A stretch of DNA of 64,000 nucleotides from the human T2T-CHM13v2.0 reference genome, Homo sapiens. A program made the translations under genes and the position numbers. Shown in pieces: positions 47,400 to 61,421 of the stretch (position 1 is its first letter; each line of letters starts with the position of its first letter). The notes beneath the pieces were generated by a model. It ran no database searches, was not told where the DNA came from, and saw nothing but the letters and a program-made list of their open reading frames with translations. The DNA lies in the NCBI RefSeq assembly GCF_009914755.1, contig NC_060942.1; one strand, 5' to 3'.

Positions 47400-47640
47400 T
47401 CACACTTCAGGTTTTCCACAGCTCTTTGTGTGTTCTTCTTTTGTGAAATGTATCACTTGTGCTGTGGTTGGTGATTTAGTGTCTCTCTCTTATCTCCCCG
47501 TTGCTGACCTATGATTTTTTTCCTACAGGGCTAGGAACCATCTTTTTACATCTCTGTATCCAGTGCTCCTAGCATAATACCTGATCCACTGAAGGCACTT
47601 TGCTTACATATGACTTTTTTTGCAATGCATAAATAAATAA
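47400..47640 (+). mobile_element. L2 3' end
   Basis: GGGCTAGGAACCATC...CATCTCTGTATCCAGTGCTCCTAGCATAATACCTG. Confidence 0.65.
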
Positions 47641-48345
47641 GAGTTTTCTCAAAGTCAATATAAATAGAACACAGTGGGTAAAATTCAGTTGAAGTTTATC
47701 ACAGTAAAATAAAATACTGTATTGGGACAAAAACAAAAAATTAAATTACTAGCTTCAAAAAGACAGGAAAAGGTTAAAAATGGCAGACTATGTATAACCC
47801 AATTTGAAACAATACAAAAATCCTCCCGTTTAGAATTTCAATCTTATTTATCACTTGATAACTTGAATTTATGTTCTTTTGCTTTTCAAATCAAGTATAA
47901 TAGGCATATAAAATTAAATAAGTTGTCCAATAACTGAAATTTACTGTTGAAATCCAAGGTAAAAATTGAGTGAGTTTTAAAATAAAAAGGATTTTTATAT
48001 TATTTGTGGTTTTGTTTTGTTTCAATTTCTAAAAGAAAACTGACAGTAACTGGGGACAAGTCACAGTAAAAATTAAAGTGTTGAGATTCTGATATTAATT
48101 TTTCACATACTTCATAAATGTAAGGTTTTATTTTTAGAATATTAATAAAAATGTTCGGTCATAGCTTTTAAATACAGAAACTATCTATGCCTTAAGACTA
48201 CATGAGAAAGAAGGCAGAAGAAAATCAGACAGTAACATCTAGAAAAAAAAAGGGAAATTTTAGAGTAATAAAACAGGCGATGACCGTGTATTCAATCATC
48301 AAGGATACAGGAGAATCATTTTACTATCATGTGTATCTTATATAC

Positions 48346-48642
48346 TTTTTTTTGAGAAGGAGTCTCGCTCTGTCGCTCAGGCTGGAGTGCAGTGGCGGGA
48401 TCTCGGCTCACGGCAAGCTCCGCCTCCAGAGTTCACGCCATTCTCCTGCCTCAGACTCCCGAGTAGCTGGGACTACAGGCGCCCGCCACCACGCCCGGCT
48501 AATTTTTTTTTTTTTTGTATTTTTAGTAGAGACGGGGTTTCACCATGTTAGCCAGGATAGTCTCGATCTCCTGACCTCGTGATCCGCCCGACTTGGCCTC
48601 CCAAAGTACGGGTATTACAGGCGTGAACCACCACGCCTGGCC
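48346..48642 (-). mobile_element. AluY with expanded middle A-tract
   Basis: TSD CTTATATACTTTTT (48337-48350 / 48643-48656). Confidence 0.93.
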
Positions 48643-49264
48643 CTTATATACTTTTTAAAGGCAGGAAAAATGGTGTTCCGTCTATTTGCTACCCAATAAA
48701 ATATTAAGTCATGTGTAACCAGTGAAACTTAACAGAAGTTCAATATTCAAGAGACTGCCAACTTGATGCGAATATATTTAAAACGGATTTTACCATCAGA
48801 AATGACTAGTATAACCTCAGGACCTTTCTTTTCATAACTTTAGTGTCTTTCAAAGCAAAAACTACATTAATAAGTCTCCTACTGAGTGGAAACTAACTCT
48901 AATACGTCCGATGTAATCTAATCCTAATGCAAAAATCTTTAATGCACAGTTAAAACAAACAATTCTACCCTAAAGAAAAAATGTCCTAGTGTATCTAAAT
49001 ATCCTCCATGATCATATCAACAAAGGTGAAGCAGTAAACCAGAAAACAAGTATAACTTTTAAGGCTCTTTTATTTTTAAAACAACGGAGATGAAAATGAA
49101 ATCTCTATAATTACTTTTATTAACTCTATCATAACATTTAATATATTTTAAGTTAGAAAAAATATTGACTTTTTAATAAAACAATGCAAAACAAAATACA
49201 CAGGATAAGGTACTTCATTCTATCACATATATTTTCAAACTCAATGTTTCTCCATATTTTTATC

Positions 49265-49752
49265 TTATTTATTTACTTTTAATTGACAAAAAATTTTACA
49301 TATTTATGGTACACCATGACAAGTTTGAATATATGTATATGTTGTAAATTATTAAATCAAGCTAGTTAACACGTCTATTACCTTACATCTTATCCTTTTG
49401 TAGTGAGAACATTGAAAATCTACTTTTTTGGCCAATTTGAAGTATACAACACATTATTATTAACTATGGGCACCATGTTGTATAATAGATCTCCAGAAGG
49501 TATTCCTCCTGTCTAATTGAAATTCTGTGTCCTTTAACCAACATCTCCCTGTCCTTCCAGCCCCTCGTATCCACCATTCTATTCTCTGCTTCTAGAAGTT
49601 TGCTTTTTGTTTTAGATTCCATATATATGTGAGATCATGCATATTTGTCTTTCTATGCCCGGGTTATTTTACCTAATTAGTATATCTTCTGAATTCATCC
49701 ATGGTGTCACAGGTAACAGGATTTTCTTCTTTTTTAAGGCTGAAGAGTAATC
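49265..49752 (-). mobile_element. L1MA (6/7-like) 3' end
   Basis: TTTTAATTGACAAA...TAAATCAAGCTAGTTAACA...GTATAATAGATCTCCAGAA...TTAGATTCCATATATATGTGAGATCATGC. Confidence 0.88.
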
Positions 49753-49924
49753 ATTTTTCTTTTTTTTAGCATAAAGTTTACATTTTCTTCATAATCCTAC
49801 CTTGACTGTTGAAGCCTAACATTGCTTTTGTTCAATAGCATAAACAATGTACTACTCATTTTGGAATTTATTTTATACATACTTGTATTATAGATTCCAT
49901 TTTATATAAAAGCACATGCTTAGG

Positions 49925-50085
49925 TTATATACATAATATATAATGTAGTTATGTATATATACACTATATATAATGTAATGTATTTACACACATTATATAT
50001 GAATTACATATATACATTATATATAATGTAATGTATATATCCACACATGATATATATACATTACATATGCACATATGTAATGTAG
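49925..50085. repeat. TA-rich low-complexity tract
   Basis: Read directly. Confidence 0.85.
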
Positions 50086-51478
50086 TTGAGGTCCAAATTA
50101 CAAAAGTTAGAGATACCACTCACCTTTAACATTACAACCATTTGGCAAATAAATATTAAACTTCAACCACCTGCCCAGAGCTAGGATGAATAGGTATCTA
50201 AATGAACATGTTCCTGATCCCAACATTGCACCTCATCTGACACCTGAGCAGGTGCTTATTTTGGGTTAATGTGACAGAGCCTTAATAAGCCTCCACACAG
50301 TTTGGTTAGGGTGATGGTGGGTACAGCAGAATGTCGCGGAAGCCACTCAAAGGAGGCCCAGCCTCATCCAAGGAGGGCAGGAATCCTCTGCTGAGGCTTA
50401 AGGTGGCCACACACCACAGTTTGCCAGGACAGTCCTTTCTGGCATATACTATAGTGGCATAATTAATACTCTCACACCTTCCCACTTTCAGACTCATTCC
50501 CCTTAGGACTCTAAATTACATGACCAGCCCAGATATGCCAACTGGGTGTCCTTCTTCCCCTGGAAGACAGCGCATTGCTCCAAGTCCTGCATAATTTTTG
50601 TATATTTACTCCCTAGCAATCCTTCATGCAGCTTTGGGATGTGATAAGCCATACATACTTAGAAAATGAAACAATTATTAATGTCGTGCGTCCTCTGTGC
50701 CAGGTTTATTCACATCGCTTCCACATCTACAACACATAGCATCATCCCCTTTAAAGATGATGGAGAAGCCAAGCCCTCACTCCAGTTCAGCCAGGTAGTG
50801 CCAGGCCCAGTGGGACCCTGTCACAGGTGTCTCATGCTGCCTCTCACGTCCACTTCCATCCACCAGGGCAACATGGGGCCCCTGCCTGCTGGTCAGAGGT
50901 TCCCTCTGCAGGGCGTCACCTCATGTGGAGCTCTGGAGAGGGCGAGGCCCCTGAGGTTCTGTGGGGCCACTATGTTGTCTGCCCACAGCTCTGGGCTCTC
51001 CACAGGCCCTGCACCTCGGGGCCACATGTCCTCATCCTGCCTTGCAGTCAGGGACTGGAAACTCTCTCGGATTAACATCAAGTTCAATGCCAAATTCCTG
51101 GGGAAAAGCCCAGGAAACCATGAGTGTCTCCCAAGATCCCAAGACTAGACAGAGTGACTCCCAGGGACCCCTTGTCTTTCCTGCTCCTCCCCTCCCAGGG
51201 CTCTCTTATTACCACAGGGAGTTATCTCCGTCTGACCTCATCTTTCACAGGTTGTTATGATGCTTATGTGCCTATTGACTTTTACCCATTCTGCCATGAT
51301 TTACACTATTTTTTTCTAGGGTGATTTATGTTCAGATTAATTTCACAAGTTATAAAATAAGGTACTACTTGTGGCTTTGTGGCAACAAATAATTTTTTAA
51401 AGGAAAAATAAGTTTATACTTCTCAATATCAAGTAGAATACTGTCCAAGTTTATTACAGTGCTAGCCAATTTTACATC

Positions 51479-51782
51479 TTTTTGTTTGTTTGTTTGTTTA
51501 GAGATGGAGTCTCGCTCTGTCACCCAAGCTGGAGCGCAGTAGTGCGATCTCTGCTGACTACAACCTCTGCCTTCTGGGTACAGCGATTCTCCTGCCTCGG
51601 CCTTCCCGGTAGCTGGGATTACAGGCACCCACCACCACGCCCGGCTAATTTTTGTATTTTTAGTAGAGACACGGTTTCACCATGTTGGCCAAGGCTGGCC
51701 TCGAACTTCTGACCGTAGGTGATCTACCCGCCTCGGCCTCCCAAAGGGCTGGGATTACAGGCGTGAGCCACCGTGCCCGGCC
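51479..51782 (-). mobile_element. AluSx-like with (TTTG)n tail
   Basis: Full antisense dimer; TSD TACATCTT. Confidence 0.92.
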
Positions 51783-52897
51783 CTACATCTTACAATAGAA
51801 AAAATAATAATAAAATATTCTTGTGAATTCTAAAGCACATCAGTGATGGTAAATTTCAAATCTTTGTGTATTCACTATTTAACACATGAACTATTTTATC
51901 AGAATTATATTTATGTAATATGTGTGTATTACAGCATAATATGAGCTACAATTATATTCCATAAATGACTCTCTAAAACAAAAACATTGGTCTCAGCATA
52001 AATAAAGAAACAATTTGATTCAGCACACTATTAAGTGTTACTGAGGACATCTTGTGTACTGTCAAGGAACAATTTATGGGAAAAAATAAAATATGAATTG
52101 ATGCCTCATACACACCAGAATTTAAACACTCTTCAAAGAGGAGAAAGCATGCCCAGGGAATACAATTTGGAAAAGTGGAGGCACAGAGGTAGGAAAAAGC
52201 AAGACGGCAGAACAGATGGATAGAAAGGAGCCATTGAAGGCATTTTAAACAGTGTTAGATACTTTACCATCTCCATACTTCAATATTAGAAGGAAATCAC
52301 CATTCCCATCCCTCCTGGAGTCAATTTCTTCAGGATTACAATAAGAGTTCTGCAGAGTATAAAGCAGTAGCTGCCTCGAATGGAATGGCTGGGGACAAAT
52401 GGAATGGCTGTGTGTGTTAAGAGACAGCAAATTTGAGAGAACATAGGAATAGAGGAGCTATTTGCTACCTACTTTATCTTGGACCCAGCTACCTTGAATG
52501 TATGTGAGACAGCCCTCAACTGGGCAGAATGTGTTCAGAAACATGCCGCAAAGTTAATATGAGGCTTCGTTCATGGTCTTTGTTCCTCTAAATAAACCTA
52601 TAATTTTACTCACAGATATTATCCAATTGAAAGATGATCTTAGAAAACTGTACATAAAATATTTGTGTAGTGTAGTAAATACTACTTAATAGAAAAGACA
52701 CGTTGCTAAAGACAAACTCAGGTTGAGCATAAATAAGGATGGGAATTTTCAAATAAAAGAAAGGCATGCAGAAATATTTTACCTTAGTTAATATGCAGTT
52801 TATTTTATTTTATTTTCCCCATACAACTTCTTATAATAAAAGTTAATTAAGTAGACAATCACTTTTAGCCACCATGTTGAATACATCAATGTTCTAA

Positions 52898-53640
52898 AGC
52901 AGGATTTTTCAAAATGAATTTCTTAAACACCAACCAACAAAATCTTCCTCTTTAACAACTGTAGCATGCATCAACAGGTTTAAGAAGCACCACATATATT
53001 ACCCCTTCTTGAAAGTACACTGACGTTAGCACACTAGAGTCTTCAGGAAGTCCTGTAATAAGTAAATCTGCTTAGCATTATCAATTTAAAGTGCTGACTT
53101 GACCTCTTTGAGCCTTATAAGGCCCCAAAGACCTCGCCTCCCCGTTCTCATCAGATAAGCTCCCCACCTAGCTAATTCCCCTATCAGCTGGGCCGACTGC
53201 ACTTCTTCTGGTCCTCAATCGAATGGGCTTCAGCTCCCTACCAGCCATAAAATTAAACAAGCCAATTACATCTTCCCATGGGAACCAGGGGTCACCTCAC
53301 CCTCCTGGTATACATGGCTCTGCTTCCCACAGCCCCTCTGGCTTCCTCTGCCCCTGAGTGCAGCTCTCATGTGGCCCATCACAGTGTGTGATGCCTTCCT
53401 GCCCTGGCTGTGAGCATGTATGACTAATAAACTGATGTGCAGCCCATCTGCCCAGTGTTAAGTGTTCTGTGTTTGGCCGCCTTTTGTGCTATTTAAAGTG
53501 GGGAGTCCCTCTTCCACCAATGGGGTGAATAGGTGATTGCCACACATGGTTTCCCAACAATTTTTGAAAATAGAACTTTTTTTTTTCCATTGAAATTAGC
53601 CTCTTATATACCCCTACACACATTTGGAGAAATGCTATTC
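52898..53640. mobile_element. MER103C-like hAT element split by an LTR
   Basis: CCCCTTCTTGAAAG...TTAGCA...GAAGTCCTGTAATAAG before the LTR; TTTCCCAA...CACATTTGGAGAAATGCT after it. Confidence 0.55.
53080..53545 (+). mobile_element. ERVL solo LTR, MER54/MER74-like
   Basis: AACAAGCCAATTACATC...GGGAACCAGGGGTCACCTCACCCTC...CTGTGAGCATGTATGACTAATAAACTG...ACCAATGGGGTGAA. Confidence 0.75.
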
Positions 53641-53687
53641 TGTGTTTTGGGTAAAGACGGTGGTTAAAGAATTATCTAGGTTTTATG

Positions 53688-53803
53688 GTATTTGTGTATC
53701 TAAACATAGAAAAGGTATAGTAAAATGTGGCATTATATTCTGGGACCACTGTCATATAAGCAGTCTGGCATTGACAAACACGCCCTTTTGTGACACACAA
53801 CTG
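53688..53803 (-). mobile_element. Tigger3a left third (part of an inverted local duplication)
   Basis: Reverse complement of 54384-54498; similarity continues into non-Tigger flank. Confidence 0.9.
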
Positions 53804-54383
53804 TACATCCACCACTTCCAAATTATGTCATATTCTTTCCTCTAAAAGCTTCTACTCTGTGTAAAATGCCCCTCTCTATTCTCAGTTCTCTAAACACAAT
53901 AGGTTTTATTTTCTAGTGAGCACTCACCACCAAATCACCAGTAGAAAGGAGCAAAAGGAGCAAAACTTTTCACTGAGAAGCTACTATGTGCAGTGAACTC
54001 TACTCTCAGAGTACTGAGAGGCACAGTATTTGATTGTTATCCTCAGGCATCTAAGGATTATATGACCTGGCTTGGAAATTTCATTTTACATTAATATATG
54101 AAAATGTTTTTTGAGGAGTAGTCATGAATGTCAAAGGGACTTGGGAAGGGAAGATAAAATTTAATTAGTCTCTGAAAGGATGGCAGGACATAGGCAAGGG
54201 AGAAAAAGGATAAGGGCACCAAATCGTCTGCAGATGTAACAGCTAAGGCACAGTCACGGGAAAAAGGCAAGTATTTTCAGACTTCTAGCCTATTGTGTTT
54301 AGAGAACTGAGAATAGAGAATTTTACACAGAGTAGAAGCTTTTATAGGAAAGAATATTAAATAATTTGGAAGTGGTGGATGTA

Positions 54384-54715
54384 CAGTTGTGCATCGCAAA
54401 AGGACGTGTTGGTCAGTGCCAGACTGCTTATACGACAGTGGTCCCATAATATAATGCCACATTTACTGTATCTTTTCTATGTTTAGATACACAAATACTT
54501 ACATTATGTTCCAATCGCCTACAATATTCAGCACAGTAACCTGCTGTCCAGGTTTGTAGCCTAGGAGCAATGGGCTATATCATACAACCTAGGTGTGTAG
54601 TAGGCTGTGCCATCTAGGTAAGTGTAAGTGTGGTCTGTGATGTTCACACAATGACAAAACCAACTAATGATGCACTTCTCTGAATGTATCCTGGTAGTTA
54701 AGCAACACGTGACTA
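54384..54715 (+). mobile_element. Tigger3a MITE, full length
   Basis: TA-CAGTTGTGC...GGTCCCATAA...GTTTGTAGCCTAGGAGCAAT...GTTAAGCAACACGTGACTA-TA. Confidence 0.92.
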
Positions 54716-54873
54716 TAGAACAATTTGAAAGGAATCAAATGACCGGTAATATCCAATAACTTTATCCAGAAGAGAATAAAATGGCCAAGGATGGCTGAGT
54801 CAGAAATGATGTGGGAAATGATTAAAGATTCAAATTATTTAAGTAACTGAATAGCAGACATTAAAAAGGGATG

Positions 54874-54953
54874 TAACAAAACCACTGAAATTCTGAACAA
54901 ATTAACACATTCTTCCTGCAGTGTCTTTGTTCAGAATTTCAGTGGTTATGTTA
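54874..54953. repeat. 28-bp inverted repeat, 24-nt loop
   Basis: TAACAAAACCACTGAAATTCTGAACAAA (54874-54901) vs the reverse complement of 54926-54953: 27/28 identical. Confidence 0.95.
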
Positions 54954-57900
54954 AAATTATATGAACTCTAACAAAATAATAACTGAAAATCTTCATATAT
55001 TTGGAAATTAACAATACCCTTCTAAAAAACTTCATGGGTCAAAAAGCAAGTCTTAAGGGAAATTTTTAAATATTTGAATTGAATAAAATGAAAATATAAC
55101 CTATCAAAACTTGTGTGATATAGCTAAAGCAAAACTTAGAGGAAAATTTATAGCACTCAGTACTTTTATTAGAAAAGAATAAAGATTTCAAATCAGCACT
55201 TTAAGCTTCTGCATCAGGAAAGCAGAAAAAAGAAGAAAATAGACCCAAAACACACAGGAAAAAAGAATATTACAAATAATGGCAGAAATAAATGAAATTG
55301 AAAACAAAAAAAGAGTAAACCAACAATTCTTAAAAGATTAATAACACTATAATAAACCTCTAGCCAGACATACAAATATAAAGGAGAAATGGTACAAATT
55401 ACTAATATAAGGAATGAAAGAAGGAATATCACTATAAACTCATATACATTATAAGAATAATAAGGGAAAATCAACAGAATAAAGTAAGGAGAATTGACAT
55501 CTTAAATTTAGTCTTCCAATTCACTGATATGTTTAGGTTTTTTATTTCTCTCATCCGCTTTGCATAGTTTTTAGCTTACAGATCCTGAATTTGTTTTGTT
55601 AGATATTCAAATATTTTTGAGAACTATTGTACATGATATTTTTCAAATGTCAGTTTCTAATTGTTCTTAATTATTATATTATACCAGCAACTCGCTACAT
55701 AAAAATTTAACAATTTAGGAAAAAAATGAGCCATTTCCTTAAAAGTAGGAAAAGTAAAAATGTAGCAAAGTAAAATTCACCCAAGATGAAATAGATACCT
55801 TGAATAGTCTTATATCTATTAAAGAAATTAAATTTGTAGTTAAAAATCTTATCAAAAAGAACATTCTATGTAGAGATAATTTCGGGAATGCTATAAAACA
55901 TTTAAAGAAGTAATAACACCAATTCTACACTAATCTGTTTAATAAATAAAAGAGAAGGGAACATTTTACTCATTTTAAATGTTTTCTAATTTCCCTTGAG
56001 ACTTCCTCGTGACTCATAAGATTTTTTTTTTTTTGAAAAGGTTGTTGTTTGAGTTCCAAGTATTTGGAGATTTTCCAGTTATTATTATGTTAGAGTTCAT
56101 ATAATTTTAAGATAACTATTGAAATTCTGAACAAAAATACTGTGAGACGTGTCTTTACACATATCCCTTTTTAATAACGAGTATTCATATATCTTGAAAA
56201 TCAGAACTCTTTGTATTTTATATATTTCATTAGTATGGAATTATTCTCATACAAAAACCACACAGGACATTTCAAGTAAAGAAAACTACAGACCAATACC
56301 ACTTCATGGACATTGATAACTACACAAAAAGTATTAGCCAATCAAATTCACCAATACATAACAAAAAATACACCATAAAGAAGTATAATTTTTCTTAGAA
56401 TGCAAGGTTATTCAATAGTCAAAATCAATCAAGAGTAACCCATCAAATTCATAGTCTAAAGAAGAGCAAACCATATTACATCAAATGAGGTAGAACAGGC
56501 ATTTAAAAATAATCAATATCCATTCATAATAAACATTCTTGGCAAAGTAGTAATGAAAAAAACTTCCTTAACCTGGTTTTTAAAAAGACATTTCGAAAGC
56601 CCACATCTAACTTTATAGTTAGTGGTAAAATACTGACTATTTCTTCCCCACCACCCAGCCCAGGACTAAGAAGGCCGGTATGTTTAATCTCACCACTCCT
56701 ATAAACATTATATTTAAAATCTTAGTGCAATAAGGCAAGAAAAAGCAATATTGTAAAGGAAAAACAAAAAACTTTTGGTATTCAGAGAATACATATTTTC
56801 TACTGGAAAATACCAAAGAATCTACAAAAAATATCTTCTGGAACTAATAAATAAGTTTAACAAGGCCACGGGATACAAGACCATCTCTCAGAAATCAATT
56901 GTATTTTTATATAATAATTAAGAACAATTAGAAACCAATATTTGAAAAATAATACCGTATACAATAGTTCTCAAAAATATTTGAATATTTATCTAACAAA
57001 ACATGTTCAGGATCTGTAAAGCAAAAATTATGCAAAGCTGATGAAAAATCAACAACCTAAATAAATCAGCAAATTGAAAGATCAGATTTAAGATGTCAAT
57101 TCTCTCCAATTTTTTCTATTGATTATTATCAGAATCAAAATCCCAAGAGGATTTTTTGCAAATATAAGCAGATTCTAAATTTACATGTAAAGAAAAAGGA
57201 ATGAGAATAAGCACACAATTTTGGAAAAGAACAATAAGGTTGGAGAATTCACACTACCCATTTAAGACAAAGCCATACTAATCAAGATAGTGTGGTATTT
57301 GAGAACACATAGTCTTACTTTCTATATGTCAATGGAACAAAATACAAAATTTAGTAATAGGCCCATTCAAATATTCCCTGACTGGTTTTCGACAAAAATA
57401 AGAAGGCAATTCGATTGAGTAAGATTAGTCTTATCAACTAGTGTTTTGAACAATTGTACAACCGTACGCAAAAACATGATTCAGGTTAACTAAAGGTGGC
57501 TTATAGATGTAAATGTAAAACATAAAACTATACAACTTTTAGAATAAAACCAAGGAAACTTTATGTGACCTTGAGTTCTTAGATTTAACACCACAAGCAT
57601 TATCCATAAAAGTAAAAAAAAATTAAAAAAGATAAATTGGACTTACTACAATGAGAAAATGCTTTTTCTTCAAAAGACATTAAGAGAACAAAGAGATTCT
57701 ACAGACAGGGTGAAAATACTTGCAAATAATATATCTGACAGGGGACTTATATCCAGAATAGATGAAAAAATTCTGAAAATAAATAAGAGAAAAATAAATA
57801 ACCCAATAAAAATGGGCAAAAGATTTGAATAGATGCCAAAGGTGGTATACAGATGGCAAATAAGCACATAAAATAATATTCCATATTATTAGCCTCTAGG

Positions 57901-58630
57901 GAAACAGAAACTAAAATCGCTATAAGACATCATTGTCCACTTATTAGAATAACGATTTTTAAAAATCATATCACCAAATGCCATTGAGATTATGAAGAAA
58001 TTGAACTCTCATACACTGCTGATGGAAATGCAACATGGTAGAGCTCCTCTGGGAAAGTCTGGCAGTGTCTTCATAAGACACTCTGTAAGTTGAACACAAG
58101 ACCTAGCAATCCCACTTACAAGCATTTACCATAGAGAAATTAAAACTTACTTTCTCACAAAAATCTGTACACAAATGTAAATAGCAGCTTTATTCATAAT
58201 TGTTGAAAACTGGAAACAACTCAGGTGTCCTTCAATAAGCAATGGGTAAACTCTGGCATATCTATACAATGGAACATAATGAAGCAATAAATGAGATCAA
58301 GGGACTAATGCACAAAAGAATAGGCATGGATCTCAAAAATGTTATGCTGAGTGGAGAAAAAACCATCTTAAAAGGTTATATCCTGTATGATTCCATTTAT
58401 GTGACATTCTGGATCACACAAAACTATAGTGAAGGAAATTGGGGATAGCCAGGGCCTTGGGGTGGGGAAGGGTTTGATTTTGTAGGGACTCCCACAGTGA
58501 AAGAGTTTTTTGGGATGATAAAAATATTCTGTATCTTGATGGCGGTATTGGTTATAAGAATGTATATGTATGTTAAAACTCAGAATTGTACACCAACAAA
58601 GAGTACATTTTATGTGAATTTTTTAAAAAC
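54919..58630 (+). mobile_element. Old L1M (MD/ME1/MC-type) ORF2 to 3' end, containing two inverted internal inserts
   Basis: Colinear L1 motifs through GAAAACTACAGACCAATA, GGAACTAATAAATAAGTTT, AAAATGGGCAAAAGATTTGAATAGA to CTGTATGATTCCATTTAT...TTGTACACC. Confidence 0.9.
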
Positions 58631-58896
58631 CAGAAATTATAGAACCCGGTGTTGCCTTGATTAGGTAAATGGGTAAGAAGCATATTGTTCAGAAGGAAAG
58701 GCATTGTTTTTATGAGTAGTCTGGACAGGAAGATAACTGGGGAGAGTAATGAGGGTATAAATTACTCTTATTATAACATATACTATATGAATTGAGATAG
58801 GAGATAGGGAACAAAGAAAAAGATCACCAGCCTGTTCCATCCAGCCCAGAATGAATGAGCAGCTGACAGTGTTAGTGGCACTGGGATGGCCTTATT

Positions 58897-60200
<1,304 letters not shown>

Positions 60201-60978
60201 ATAAAATTAGTGACTGGGTTATTTCAGATGGGAACTTGATCATAATAAATAGTGTGTTAGAAGAATTAGTTTGCTGTTTCATGAAAGTAAATTAGAGAGA
60301 ACCTGAAGGTAGAGACCTGTAAGGAAACTCATGCACTTGACCTGGCTCTGGGAGGAGACGAGGCTGGGAACGCTTTAGCATCAATGGACAAGCAGAGACA
60401 GCAGTGATGAAGTTGTTCACTGAACCAAAGGGGAATATCTCAAATACATTTGTTTGTAGCCTTCAATGAGCAAAAGCTCTGTATGAGCAAAAAGGTAGTA
60501 TCACTCAAGAAATGGAACTTTCAGAAGCCAACTTAAGGATTTGATAAACATCCCCAACTTAGCAGGAAATTGGTCTTGCCACTTCTCTTCTACCAAGGAA
60601 AGGATGCCAAGCCAAGTTATCATTTGATCAATGCAGTTCTTTCTCTTGCTTTTTGCTTCATTATCAAAACCAAAGAACTGATGTGATTATTGCAAACTTC
60701 TGGATATTAAAGTCACTAAAATGTGCTTGAGTAAAGAATATTAAAATTATCTTTTTTTGAATTCTTGACACATAATTGAAATGAATACTTGAATAAAAAG
60801 TCATTTCTGAAATTAGGAAGAACTTCATTTTTATGGTAGGAACATGCTAGACAATGGACCAACAAAAAAAAATTCCAAATCTTTACTAAGGCTGCAGAAA
60901 GCCAATTTTAATTAACTAAATAATTAACAACTTCTTCCCTTTTCCTCCCAATCTCCCTCAAGAAAAAGATATGAAAAC

Positions 60979-61385
60979 TGTCCGAGTCCATTTCTGCTGC
61001 TATAACAAAATACCTTAGGCTGGATAGCTTATAAATAACAAAAATCTGTTTTTTATGATTTTGGAGGCTGGAAAGCTTAAGATCAAGGCACCAGCAGACT
61101 TGGTGTCTGGTGAGGGCCTGTTCCACGTTGATGGCAATTTCTTGCTGGGTCCTCACGGGGCGGAAAGGCAAAAGGAACTAACATTGTGTCCTCACAATTG
61201 CAGAAGAAATGGAAGGACCAGGCAACTGTCTGGAGCCTCTTTTATGAGGGCATTAATCCCATTCACCAGGGTGCGGCCATCATGGCTTAATCATTTCCCA
61301 AAAGACCCCACCTCTTAACACTATTGCATTTGGGATTAAGTTTTGCCATAAATTTCTGAGGGACACAGACATTCAAAGTATAGGA
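60979..61385 (-). mobile_element. MSTC/MSTD-like MaLR solo LTR
   Basis: TGTCCGAGTCCATTT.TGCTGCTATAACAAAATACC...AAGATCAAGGCACCAGCAGA...GGGACACAGACATTCAAA. Confidence 0.88.
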
Positions 61386-61389
61386 GAAA

Positions 61390-61421
61390 CACATGCACAC
61401 ACACACACACACACACAGACA
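61390..61421. repeat. (CA)n microsatellite
   Basis: Read directly. Confidence 0.95.

Noticed and set aside
50666-51324. Overlapping ORFs up to 160 aa
   Set aside because: GC-richer patch giving ORFs in several frames on both strands, with no recognisable homology.
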